Source of the DNA: the human T2T-CHM13v2.0 reference genome, Homo sapiens
Length of the DNA stretch: 64,000 nt
Assembly: GCF_009914755.1 (NCBI RefSeq)
Contig: NC_060926.1
Reading direction: 5' to 3' (one strand)
The notes below the pieces were generated by a model. That model did no database searches. It had not been told where the DNA came from and worked only from the letters and a program-made list of their open reading frames with translations. A program made the translations under genes and the position numbers. Shown here in pieces: positions 15,626 to 29,029 of the stretch. Within the stretch, counting starts at the first letter, position 1. Each line of letters begins with the position of its first letter.

Positions 15626-18600
15626 ACTATGTATTACACCCTCTATAAGCACAATTGCTGTTTGATACAGCAGAGTGTACTAGGTAATTGATGGGCAGGT
15701 ATGGACAATTTGCCTGTGGGCCATGCACTTGAGCCAGCGCTCTCTCTCAATCACTGAATGACAAGGCCTCACTGGAAATGGAGGTTTATTTCTCCCTAGA
15801 CAGAGAACAGTAAAATTATAAAGATCTGTCCTCATTAATGGAGGAGTAGAAGCAAAACAACCACCACCACCACAATATCAACAACTTTGGCTTATAAAAG
15901 GTGTACCAACCTGCAACCAAGAGGCAGAGAAAAAGAATAATTGTTCTGATTTTTACCAAATATTTTCCTGGTAAGCTCTATTACCTATGCAAATAAAAGA
16001 TAATATATTTCAAAATTAAATAATACCTCAGAAAACATAAAGTGAAGGAAAATTTAGCTAATAAGTTTTTTCCTTTTCTTCAATGCTCTGAGCAATGTAA
16101 GAAGGAAAAATCATGTTTAATTTTTACTTGTATCCCAAGCACCTAGCATTGATTCTGGTGCACACACATTTTTCGAACTGAAGGGAAGTGGAAAATCAGG
16201 ATTAGCCTGTAGCTTCAGGAGACAGAGAGGCCAGGGTGATCCTGTTAGTTCCAGACAGGTTCCAGAGCTAGGTTTCCTCTTGCCCCCCCACCGCTTGCTT
16301 CTCCAGCCCACATTCCCCGAAGTTCACCTTTTAAAGTGCCTCTTAGCTTGTCCAGCCGCACCAGCCCTAGGCTTACTCATAAGACCAAGCCCAGTGGAAC
16401 TGCCTTTCCCACACCACATCTAAGTGAGCCAGTTTTAATAAACAAACTATTCCAGATTGGCACTCATAGTTCCAATTTAGTACTTTTGATGTTCTTGGTT
16501 ACCTAAAATAGAAAATAATAATTTAAAAAAGTTCCAAAAAGCTTATTTAAAAGATGTGCTTTAATTTAACTAGAATGTTACAATAACATTTCCTTCCTAT
16601 TATAACTGAAAAACAACTAAAAGTTGTGAAGAGTGCTATAGTGTTTTTGATGAGATAAATCTTTATTCTCAGACATAATTAACTTCTTTAAGAAGATGCA
16701 CTAAGTCTAAATTCAAGGACATTTATTTTAAAACTTCTGAAGGTCTGAGATTCTACATTGTTATATTCAGGCAATGAATTTTACCTCTTTAAAATATTTT
16801 AATACTTATCCCACTCCTATCTGTGCATTTCTGGTTTAAATGACTTTTGGATCTCTCCTTAACAAACTAGAGTCTTCGAAGCTGACCTTCCTCTGGCTAG
16901 GAGAACCCAGAGGACCAATCCCCTATGGATTCTCTAGTTTTCTATCTCCAGGAGATGAGTGAGGTAATCAGGTTATCAGCAAGGTTCTGTCTGTCAAGGT
17001 GACTCATGAATGCCCCTGGTCCATGGTTAATTACTACGCTTCTGGTGTCTCTGCCTTCATCTGCTTTTCTGAATATTTTTTTTGTGGCACAGAAGCCCAG
17101 ACCCCACTCTTTGGCCCTTACTTTTGAAGCACAGCACATGTGGAATGTCCATTCTCCACAGAGGGTGACAGGGCAGCTGTAGCCACAAGCCCAGTTTCTA
17201 CAATCTAAGAAAAACATATCTTGCAACTGAGTGATTACCTAAAAGGGGAATTGTGAGGCTAAGATTTTGAGATGACAGATTATTCAATGATTGTGGAAAC
17301 CAGAGCTACTAATAACCCCCAACACCAAAAAAAAAAAAAAAAAAAGAAAAAAGCTTGTGGATAGAGCACTGGTTTTATATAATTGCACTGAATTCTGAAT
17401 GAAACACAGCTATCATACTGAAACAGAAGGTTAGTGTGGCATTCTTCTGTCTCAGTGACAAAGGGATTGAAGGCATCAGTCAAGAGAGGAATGCAGGATA
17501 GATAATAGATGCAGCCCAACTGCAGCTGTAGACATCAGGATTACTGAAACAAGGCCATTCTTCATGCAGATGCAAGCACATTGTAAACATAAGCATTAAT
17601 ACTTTTTGGATTCAGGGGAGAGCTGGAATTTCGCATTTCCAACGTTGCCTTAATTCATCACTGCCTGCCGCATGATCCTCTAGCACTTTTGTGTATGAAG
17701 TATAACAATTAGAACTAATGATTTTGGTGTTCGCAGCTTCAGATTGCTTCACAATTTCTTGAGGTGAGAAGTAGCCCACTCTCAACAAGTAGAGTATAAA
17801 TTAAACTTTACATCTTATTTAGGAAAGGATTCCCATGTTTTCTTTTTCTAAAAATATACTATTGATTATTTAAGTCAGGAATCAAGGGTACAGTGCTGCC
17901 CTTGGTGCAAGAAGTTAAAAACCCATGCATCACCTCAGAACCCTCCACTGAATTTAGAGTTCTCTACAAGAAATTTGGGAAATTCCCTATAATTTTTCCA
18001 GTTTGGCCGGATTCCCTCATAGAAATCATGGCTAAAATCTCCTTATGTTTTACACCCAGTGAACCCCAAGGAGGCTACAAGGATAGCCTAGAATCTGAAA
18101 GGTAGCCTTTGCATTTTGACACCCCAAAGATTTGTCCATGTGCTGGGGCCATATGGGGATTCTGCAAGGTGCGAATTCTTGTCTCATCACCAAGACTAGT
18201 CCTGTAGTTCCTGATGCCCATGTGGGAACTGATCCTATTTTCCTGTGGATTTTAGTGAAGGAAAGATGATCAGAAAAACCTGGCAATTTCTAGGACAGAT
18301 TGAAACAGCTGTGAGCACAGCAGAGTGTGTTGCCACTGCTTCTATATTATAATAAAAATGACAATATATCCTACATTTTACATTGTAATATACACTCTAC
18401 AGAGGGTATTTGCTATTGGTGAAAGCTGCATAGATCATTCAGCTTCAAACTGTTTATATTACTTCAAAATGACAACTTCATTTTCTGTAGGCATCAAAAA
18501 AAAAAACCCTTCAACCTCCTGATAAAAATGCAATTTTTACTTATAGTACCATTCATAACACTTCTGAAAATATAGCCAAATGTGATATTAGTCACAAGAC

Positions 18601-19177
18601 CTATCTCTTCCTATATTTCAAGTTATTGTTTCTGAATTCTGTGGCTCCATCTCTCCTTATTACAGGTGGAAGTCATAAACTAACTGAAATGTGTTGGTGT
18701 GTTCTGGTGGTGGTCACCAGATTGGCAGGGGTAGTCATTAAGAAATAAAAAATCATGTAATATTCAAAGAAGCAACAATTTGATCATTGGCATCTGGAAG
18801 TAAATTGTACGGTAAAGGGATAAATACGTGAGGATCTCAAATGTTTAAAGCCACAGTTAATGTTAAGGCCATAGATGAATCCTGGTAGAGAGTTCCTGGA
18901 CATGCAAGGGGAAGGATCGTGGCTCCATGGCCACAAGATGTTTCCTGGAACCAGTGATTCTGTCTTGGGTTGTATTAGGACACTCTGGTACATTATTCAT
19001 GGAATAGGGAGGCCCTGTGATTTTAGTGCTCACTATGGGTAGGGCAGGAGGTTGGAGGAGGAGGTTTACAATATGAATATTTTATTGCATGTAAATTATA
19101 CCTCTAAGGTTACTTTAAAAAAAATACTGCCAGGTAATAGAGTTTATATCTCACTGCAAACAAGAAGAGTAAAACCT

Positions 19178-19560
19178 GGGGGTTTGGGTCAAGATGGTAG
19201 GCTAGAAGTAGCCCATGTGCTCTGCTCTCATGTGGATGAATGGAGCTGGAGCCCATTATCCTTAACCAACTAATGCAGGAACAGAAAACCAAATAGTGTG
19301 TGTTCTTACTTATAAGTGGGAGCTAAACACTGAGTACATATGCACACAAAGAAGGTAACAACAGACACCAGGATCTACTTGAGGGTAGAGGGGGGAGGAG
19401 GGTGAAGATCAAAAAACTGCCTATTGGGATACTATAGATTATTACCTGGGTGACAGAATAATTTGTACACTAAACTTCCACAACGTGTAATTTATCTATA
19501 TAACAATCCTGCACATGTAGCCCTGAAACTAAAATAAAAATTAAATAATAAATAAAAATA
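19178..19560 (+). mobile_element. Internally deleted L1 (L1PA15/16-like): about 55-bp 5' tip joined to about 330-bp 3' end
   Basis: 5' tip ggtcaagatggtaggctagaagtagcccatgtgctctgctctca; 3' end tggagctggagcccattatcc...gcacatgtagccctgaaactaaaataaaa; degenerate TSD aagagtaaaacct / aagggtaaagact. The 3' end call is secure; the 5' tip is less so. Confidence 0.75.
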
Positions 19561-19749
19561 AAGGGTAAAGACTTAAAGTCAAAGATGGAGAAGGGAAAGT
19601 AGAGTAGAACAAAGGAAGAGTGACATCCCCAGGTGAGGGTTGGTGTGGACAGTTCACTTTTCTGTGTTTTCTGTACCCTGGGTGAGCAGCCCAGCCACGT
19701 ATAAAGGGACAGTTCCATATAGTGCAGCTGAACATGAAGTGTACAAACA

Positions 19750-20390
19750 ACATCTTAGAACTTTTCAAACTGAACTAGGTTCACACCCCGGCTATGATGC
19801 TTCTTGGTTTTGTGATCATAGACAATTTGATTGTAAGCCTATTGAACCTCAGTTTTCTCAATAGTGAAACTGATGCAAGGCAGGCAAGCCCCAAAATTAG
19901 GGCTTAGCCCAGGAGGGTTCTTGGCTTCACCTGGGAAAGAATTTAAATGTGAGCTGGTGGTGTTACCAACTATTAATTTGAAGGGGCAGTGTGTGGCAGC
20001 AGCAGAACCCACAGGCAGTGTGCCCAGAGTAGCAGCGTAAGGGCAGTACTACTGTCATATTTAAACTCTTTCAATTTCCTGCAAATTTAGGAGTGAGTTA
20101 TTCAGAAATTTCTAGAAAACGGCTGGTAGCTTCTTGGTGTTGCCATGGAAAGGGGCAGTAACTTCCAGATGTTGCCATGGCAATGGTAAACTGTCATGGT
20201 ACTGGTGGGCATATTTTATGGAGGGATGCTGCTTTCCCTGCCTCTTCCCTGTTTCAACCAGTCTTCAATCTGATCTGAAGCCTCACCTACATCAAAATGA
20301 GAATGATAACAGTCTTTATGTTTGTTGTGAGACTTATTCTAAGAAACACATGTAAATTACTTATGTACTCAATATCCGTAAGTACTAATT
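19750..20390 (+). mobile_element. MIR split by an LTR insertion
   Basis: gaacctcagttttctcaatagtgaaa | aaatgagaatgataacagt continues across the LTR. Confidence 0.6.
19871..20294 (-). mobile_element. ERV1 MER4-group solo LTR (MER66-like)
   Basis: TG...CA termini (tgatgcaaggcaggcaagccccaaaattagggcttagccc ... cctacatca); near-TSD aaac/aaat; homologous in reverse to 22984-23384. Confidence 0.8.
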
Positions 20391-21954
20391 TCATCCTCAT
20401 ACTCAACCTATGGATGGCAGATAGAAGACCAGACTCAGAGGGTCAGAAGCCCTGTGGCCAGGGTGAACAAATCTAAGAAGCACAGAACTGAATAAGTGAC
20501 TGCGAGGAGTCTCCGACCCCTGACCACTTTCTTATTTCCTCAGACCTGCCCTATGATTGTAAGGCAATCAGAAACAAAGATATGATGATATTGGAAAACG
20601 GTGGGGTGAGTGTGGGGGAGAAACATATCTTCTGTTACCAGTGCCTTAAAGCAGAAAAATGCCAACACATTATAGGACAATTAACATTAAACTGAACTCA
20701 GATGTAAACATAATCAGACAAGGAGTTCTGAAAATAGCCACGTCTGCTGGGTGCCAAAACCAGGTGGATTCTTAGAACATACTGGGCAATATTTTGGATG
20801 TCTTGCCTGCTCTCTTGAGCTCTGCTCCCCAGCATTTTGTATATGGCATAAGTTACAAGGCCCAAGGCAACAGTCTCCATGTTAACCCCTCTTGGGATGC
20901 TCTTAGAGTTACAGCAAAAGTTCTGTCTTCCTTCGTCTATGTTGTCAGCATTAGTTACAGCTGTTTACCTGATATCAGTTTAGTCTTCCTGAAGTAAACA
21001 GGAAGTCATTTTTTCCCCAATATATTCAACCATAATTAAAAACAAGTCACACATGCAGTTTCAGAGAACAGGTTCAACTAATGTCCTTTTTTTTTCCTTT
21101 TTTCAGAACATGACTGCAAGGGGAAAAGGCTATAAACTATAACAATTCAAAATGTTTATAAATGTTGCTGGGGTTCCAAGTACTTAGATTTTCTATAGCC
21201 TCAATTATCAGCAAACCATGGTGACTGTGGCAAACTAAAACAAAGCAAAGGGAGAATTTTTGTTTTTTGTCTTTGAAACTCAGAGACCGTATCTCTGAGT
21301 TTTTCCTGGGGCCAAGAAGAAACTTTGTAAATGAGGACACATTTAAAAAGGTCCTTAGGAATGAAGCCCCTGGATGTGATCCAGGAAGACGCACAGACCA
21401 GCCCTGCTGCGAACGTTGTCTTGTGGGAGGTTCTGAGCACTCTGTCTTCAGGAATGGTCAAATGCCTCTGGTGGGAGATATGAGGATAGAGTCTGAGACA
21501 GAAGAGCTGAAAACACAGGGCGTTAAATAGCATTTACAGGTTGATAATCTCATTATAAATGTAATGGGAGAGAATTATAGGAAATTTTACTGTAGAAAAA
21601 TATAACAAAGAAAATAAAGGCCAGGAGTAAACATGGCACCCAACATTAAATATTAATATTCTCATCCGCTTTTTTCTAAAAATACATATACATGCTTGCA
21701 TATGCAGTTTTAAAAGTAGGATTATAATGTAAATATTTTGTACACTGTTGTTTTTCACTTTCCATATACAATAGAAACTCTTCCAATCTAGAGTATTCAA
21801 AGTCAGTAACCGGCCAATTAATTTTAAAAGGCTGTAAAGCAGAGTTATTTAAATAAACACTTACTGCTTAAACATTGTGTTTTCACTTAAGATATATAAA
21901 TGTGCATTCATTAACTATGCTTATGATGCAAGGCCAATGCCTTTTCTTGTTGTT

Positions 21955-22382
<428 letters not shown>

Positions 22383-22983
22383 TGAGAGGGAGATTGCAAA
22401 GACTATGAAGAGGACATCAGAGCTCATAATCCTAGAATTTTCCAATCTTTTTCCTTACCTTTTTTGGTTGTCTTACCAGAGTTTGACAACAATTATTTAG
22501 CACCTTAGCTTCCTAGAAAAACAATCTGAAACTTTTTTTGCAATTAATGACTTAGTGATTTAACTGATATTTATCCAATATCAGTTCATTGAGCCATGCA
22601 ATTACAGTGGCAAGGGCAACCAGCCTAAACATATTTATTGAGACATAGTAAGGACATTACAAAGAGTGGGAGCGGTTTGCACCAGAACAGGGGAGAGGAG
22701 CCTGCAGTCCATGAGACCAAGAGCACCGTGGACACTGCTCTGTATGTTTACAGATGGAGTGCCCAACTATGTTATTCTGGTGAGTTGGTTACATGAGGGC
22801 TGGTTTAGGCATAGTCTGCAATTTTCAGCTTCATCATGTTTCAACGTTGAAATTGATCCCAGACACTTGAACTAAATGTAAATGTTATAGAGGTATTGGA
22901 AGAGACAAGTCATTCCGCACTTATATTTAAAGTATCTCTGAGTGGTACAATTTGGTTTTAATGATAATGAAACTTAGTAGTAT

Positions 22984-23384
22984 TCAGGTAGGAGACAGGA
23001 CTTGACTCCAAAGGTGGGGCTTGGACACTGGACCAGATTGAGGACTAGCTAAATAGGGATGAGGGAGGAGGCAGTTTTCCAATCAGACACAACCACCAGT
23101 GTGCCATGTTAATTTATCACTGCCATGGCAACACCCGGGAGTTACCACCCCTTTCCAAGGCAATGGCCCAATGACCCAAAGGTTACTTACTACCCCTTCC
23201 CTAGAAATTTCTGCATAAACTACTCCTTAATCTGCATGTTATTAAAAGTGGGTATAAATGTGACTGCTACTCTCTGCTTACGGGGTAGCCCTGCTCTGGC
23301 AGAGCAGTCACAAAGCTGTAGTAACACTGCCTCTTCAATAAAGCTGTTTTCTTCTATCTTCAGCTCTCCCTTGAATTCTTTCCC
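22984..23384 (+). mobile_element. ERV1 MER4-group LTR (MER66-like), 3'-truncated
   Basis: tcaggtaggagacaggacttgactcc...ggaccagattgaggactagctaaa; TATAAA at 23253; AATAAA at 23337. Confidence 0.8.
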
Positions 23385-24309
23385 ATAAAGTTGGGCTTAG
23401 CAGCTATGTTTAACTCACATGCAGGAATGTGTCTTTGTGGCAACAGAAGACTTTGTTTTCCCTTAAATGAACCCATTTACTAACCCAAACCAAGAAGCCC
23501 ATCCTTCGCCTTCTACCACATTTGTGTATTAACAATCAACTTATATGGATGGATTTTGCATAAAAATTCAGCAAAAAAATTGATGTCATCTTGGATAAAG
23601 TTGAGCTTAGGAGTTTGTTGTTTCTGTAAATGTTCCCTGATATTTCCATTTCTTACTGCCAACATATCTTCTCACAAGAGTCAGCAGTGTTCTAAGTAAT
23701 TTGCCTGGCCAAAGTGCTAACAAGTAATTAACAATGCATTCATTAGTAAGGCAGTTAATGCATCTAATGATCCTTAATCACAAAATGGAATGTTTGCTCT
23801 GAATGTTTTATTCCACACCCTTTTCCACACATTATTTATTATCAATTAGTTATGTGGAGCAGTGATCATTATCTGTGGATAAAAAGCAATTGCTCCAAAA
23901 AACTAAAAAACTGCATTATTGATAATCCTGCAATTTAATACATACATTTTTTAATTCTATGTGTCTGGAACCTTACTCATATGATTCGTTTTCTCACAGT
24001 GCATGCTATTTCACCTAGGATATGAATGCCACGTGTTTTTATATGGACAAGCCAAGTTCTTGCATTTATCTATTTAAAACAGAACAGCTCTAGGGCACCT
24101 TAGCCTTGGGCTATGCGTCTGCTAACCATTAAAGAAGTCAAACTCTGTGACTGGGCTTCTTTGAAATACTGCAGAAGCTCTGCTTAGCTGGCACAGTTTA
24201 AAAAATGTGTCTGTGGTTATAAACATATATACACACACACATATAATAGATATATATACATATATAGTGCACAGTTATATGTATATGCTTTTGGATAACT
24301 TTTAAAGTA

Positions 24310-24560
24310 AACTCCCTTCTTTGCTAGTCATCTTTGTAAATGGCTCTACCATCCATAGAAGAAGAACCCACAGAGGTATTCTAGATGCCTTGCTCTTTAT
24401 ATGCCATATTTAATAAGTCATCATATTAGAATTTTACCTTAGAAATGTCTCTTACATCTCTATCCTGTGCTCCAACCCCAGTGCTTTTGTTCTGGAACCA
24501 TCATTTCTCATGAAGACGTGTTAACACATTAAAGTTCCCGTAAGGAAAATATTTCACTGC
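24310..24560 (+). mobile_element. L2 fragment
   Basis: gtaaatggctctaccatcca...ataagtcatca...attttaccttagaaatgtctct. Confidence 0.45.
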
Positions 24561-24900
24561 AGCCTCTCCTCTCAACAATCTATATTTTTATCATCCCTAT
24601 TTGATATTCTTTTCTGACTAACATAGGAATTAGAAGAGTTTGTGATTGGGGATGATGGTGAGAGTAGGGAGACAGCTCATAAAACAGGAAGTCATGTCTC
24701 AAGCCCAGTTCTTCGAGGAAAGCTGGTGTGATATGGCCAATGTAGTGCAAAAAGATAGATGTGAAACCAGCTCTATACATGTTCATCTGTTTTTTAAGAA
24801 ACCATCAATGAAGCAAGTTCTAGCTTCAGAAAATCCTATGTGGAGAGACCTAGAAGAGACCTCACCTGTCATTCAGTCTAACCATGAAGGCAATTGTACT

Positions 24901-25319
24901 TTTTTAGGGCTGAGTTGTTTTCCTTGTCCTCCAATTTATATGCTGAAGTCCTAACCCCTAGTACTTCAGAATATGACTATGTTTCGAGATAGGTAGGGGC
25001 TTTAAAGAGAAGATCAGGTTAAAATGAAGCTATTGTGGGGGGCCCTAATCCAATATGACTGACATCCTTTTAAGAAGAGGAAATTTGGACATACAAAGAG
25101 ATACACCAAGTACGCACACTCACAGAAGAGACACTAAGTGAGTATATAGCAAGAAGGCGGCCATCTACAAGCCAAGGAGAGAGGCCAAAGAGGGAACCAA
25201 ATCTGCTGACACCTAGATCTCAAACTCCCAGCCTCCAGAATTGTGAGAAAACAAATTTCTGTTGTTTAAGCCTCCCAGTCTATAGTACTTTGTGATGACA
25301 GCCCTAGCAAACTAATACA
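24901..25319 (+). mobile_element. MLT1B-like MaLR solo LTR
   Basis: tgaagtcctaacccctagtacttcagaatatgact...gccctaatccaatatgactg...cagcctccagaattgtgagaaaacaaatttctgttgtttaagcc...gccctagcaaactaataca. Confidence 0.9.
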
Positions 25320-27627
25320 CATTTTTCCTGGCTCTTGGGAAGGAATGCTATTCTTTTGTATATTTCAGCACACCCTACTTTTTCAGGCAAAACAATATGG
25401 GAAAGAATAATTTTCAAACTGGAAAGCATTTAGGACTGTGTAAATCTCACAGGAAACCATGATAACAAGAGATTTGCAGCAATTAAACTTTAAAAAGCCT
25501 CACAAGATCTCCCAAATTGAATGCGCACATTTCATCGAAGCCAAGTACTAACAAACATATCCCCTGAAGCAACACCACTAGAATAACACCTTCTCTCCTC
25601 CCTTATGATTCTAATTGTTTATTTGATAACCTCTTATCCCAACTATTCCCAGTGTGGAATCTGATAGTGGTTAGGTTGAAGCTCTAATGTACCATATTGA
25701 AGATGTGAATCTAAATGTAAAAAATAAATCCCATAGTTCAAAATTACTTATGTCATTGACAAGTTTAACACAAAATTTAGTAAGACAGTATTCAGACAGA
25801 AAACATGTTTTACCCCAAGCCATTTGTTCAAGATTCTGAGCTCAACTCTGAATTACTATTTTCCTAAATACTTGGCTAAGGGATTGTCCTCTGACCTTGT
25901 GTCATCGCCCTCATTGTCCTCTCTTTCCTGCAAGCACAGGTTCAGAGAAGATAAGAAATATGTCTTCTTTTGATGCCTATTCTGATCCTTGGCTCTGCAC
26001 AGTGTATAATTCAAGGTTCCCACCAGGCCTTAGTGGGCTGATAGGCCTTCAACAGAATGCACTGCACATCAATCTACAAGACTCATTGCTGACTAAAGCA
26101 TCAAAGTTGGGCTACTCATCTGTGGGCCTTTCTGATTTTTCCCTTTCAACTTTGAAATTAATTTTCAATTCCAGATAATATTTGAAGGCATTTAAACTGG
26201 AGGTTTTTTGACTCCTTATGGCTATAGGTTTGCTTTGTTTGGATGGTTCTACAGTATATTATTTTTTAAATGCATATTTATAAGTTTAAATGTTTATATG
26301 TGGATATGTGTACTCTCATTTGCCACCTTTTTCATGGTCCTCACTACCCTCTGTCCTCTTCAGAAGGTATTTTTGAAATGACTCTCGAGGTATTTGAGTT
26401 TAAGTGGCCCCTAAGAGAGATTTTGAGATCCTATATCTCCAATTCAATTGGAGGACCCAAAGATAAAAGTATTGTCTGTAAATACAAAAATTCCAGTTAG
26501 CAAAGTAGCTCCAAAGTGATAATAAAACCTAAAGGGGCCTAGGGCAAGCATCTTAGTTGCTGTATCATCTGGTCACCAAAAGTTGGGTGGTCTGCTAAAC
26601 TTTGATTTATATTCTCTCAGTAGCAAACTGACTCCAATGGGATTTCCACAAATCCTCTAAAATGCAAATATGTACTCCACAAAAAGTAATAAATCAATTT
26701 ATGAGATTGGGGATCTATACCATTTGCCAGAAGGAGGAATCTACATATCACCTTTTTCTAATACAGGTCAGAGAAATGCTGATTGAGAATCGAAGAGACC
26801 AGGAATAAAATTTCAGGGGAGGGCTGACAGTGAACAAGAAGGTAGGAGTTACAGTTCTTGAGTGCACAGGCAGGGAACAAGAGACAAATGATCTAATTCT
26901 ATACTAGACTGGCAGTTAAACCGTGTGTGTGGCAGATAAACCAACCCTATATTCTATCTTAGGTTTAGGCACTTATATCCTTTATATATATATACACACA
27001 CACACACATATATGTATATATATTTTGCTGATTAAACAAATATATACATAAATCAATTTAATTTTTATGTCTGGGATTTTCCATATAAATGGATTAATAT
27101 ACCAGAAAATAACACTTGCTAAAATTAGATGTTTTTATTCAGAAAATATGCTCAACATGTTCTCAGCTAGAAAATAGGCAAAAACATTCTGACCTGCTTA
27201 GTATAATTGAGAGAATATAAGGGAGCTACTTTGCATTATACAGACTTAGAGGATTTACAATTTTATTTTTGCCATCTTGGTTTATGAAAAGCAGACTGAA
27301 TAACATGCTAGAGATTGATTAATAAGAGAACATGGGACTAATCTTAAGGAGGCATTGGGTGAGATTATAACACTTAAGCTACTGTATAACTACAGAGTAA
27401 CATTTTTAATAATCCTGAACAATATCTGTCTGTGACACCTTAAGATGAGTAAAATCAGCCTCTTTGTTGATATCATTAAATAGGGAAATGGTGCTGCACG
27501 TGCCCCAAACTACCAGTGACCAAATAATCAAAGAAGAGACGGAAGGCTATCTCTCCTGGAAGCTTCTGTGTTCCAACCTCATGCGGCAAGCAGATGTGCT
27601 GGCCCTGGCTGCATGGCTACAGTCTGC

Positions 27628-27825
27628 TCTTCACTCCCTGAGATGGCATCTGTCCCCTGCTCCTGTGAACCGGGAAGCAGAACTCCAACCTTCTTCTCAC
27701 TTCCTGAGATGGCATCTGTGCCCTGCACCTGTGAACCAGGAAGTAGAACTCCGACCTTCTCCTCACTTCCTGAGATGGCATCTGTCCCCTGCCCCTGTGA
27801 ACCAGGAAGTAGAACTCCAACCTTC
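27628..27825. repeat. Minisatellite: 3 x 66-bp tandem units
   Basis: Unit approximately tcctcacttcctgagatggcatctgtcccctgcccctgtgaaccaggaagtagaactccaaccttc; tcact anchors at 27631, 27697 and 27763. Confidence 0.97.
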
Positions 27826-29015
27826 AACAGTCTTCTCAGTGAATCCAGTCACACCAGTCACATTCTGAGTTCTGTAGCAAAGATCCATGAAGTCTTGGGC
27901 AGGGCTCTGCTACATGATCTGTACTCTTGTCTCAGTATCAAACACCCCTTCTAAGCTGTACACTGGTGCTGAGGGAAGTTTCTCTTTCCATTTCTCATAC
28001 ATTCTTGTTTCTAGCATCTAAATTGCTTTCTGGTTCTTCTATTCTCCAGTCTGGGATTTCCCTGAATTACTGGTTTTCCTCTTTTCTGTATGTGGAGTAA
28101 TTCATCTCTGTAAATTCTGACCAGCATTCCCTCCTTACCTCATAGGACTGAGTGAAATTAACGCCCTCCGAGTAGTTGTCACCACTCTCCTTAGAAGCCT
28201 GTTTCATGACTGCAGTTCACTACTTGTGCCCTTCTTATCGGATATCATCTGCCATTTCAAAGTATTTATCAAAATGTTTTTGAAAATTCTCACAATGCTC
28301 TTCCTAAGAGGAACCAAGCTGAATAAATCAATATATTTTAAAGTATAGGCATCCTACACAATGAGAGTAGATACAGCAACTGAGAGCAAGAAGCAGAGAT
28401 GACCCCATAATTGAGTGAGATACTCACATCAACATGCCTTATAGTCCCTGCAGAATTATACATTTGGTTAAAAAATAGTGAAAGCTCAGAAACCATGGCC
28501 CTGCTTGGAATTGGAATACAGTGAACATGCCTATGGACTGGAATAAGAAGTAGAGCTAATATATATATATGAAAGTGAAAAAGAGGCAGGACCCATCCTG
28601 AGAACCACCAGCCCAGGGCAAGCGAGGAATTAAAGAGCCAGCTCTGCTCCATCACCCAGTGCTCCAGAGAATGACGCGGTCTCCATGCATCAAAATTTCC
28701 TACGATGTTTACTGTCTGAATCCCAACTTCACTCTTCACTGCCATGAATGCCAGTCCTCAGCAGCAGAGAACTTCTGTTTGGCTCTTCTAGTTTTCAGCT
28801 CTTCACAACCATGCATTAACCACAGCCTTTGAACCATACTAACCAGTGTCTTCAAAAGGGCAATTTCACATTCTCCCCCTTTACTGATGGGAGCAGAGGA
28901 AATGCTACTCAGGGGAAGGAGGGAGATCCTTCAGCATCAGGACTGACTCCCAAAGGCTGCCACAAATTTATTCCTGCAACCCCCTCACACAGTCACAGAG
29001 CCCTATAGCAATGGT

Positions 29016-29029
29016 GTTGCCATGGCAAC
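29016..29029. promoter_or_regulatory. Perfect palindromic RFX X-box motif GTTGCCATGGCAAC
   Basis: Exact 14-bp consensus palindrome outside any repeat I recognise; binding not demonstrated. Confidence 0.55.

Noticed and set aside
27628-27825. CRISPR-like appearance of the regular repeats (also 39291-39359)
   Set aside because: The units are head-to-tail with no unique spacers, there are no cas genes, and the DNA is primate genomic.
27464-27954. 134-aa and 128-aa repeat-containing ORFs, plus two antisense ORFs
   Set aside because: They are open only because the 66-bp unit is a multiple of 3 and lacks stops. Four overlapping frames, non-ATG starts for the two long ORFs and no protein family resemblance point to an artefact.
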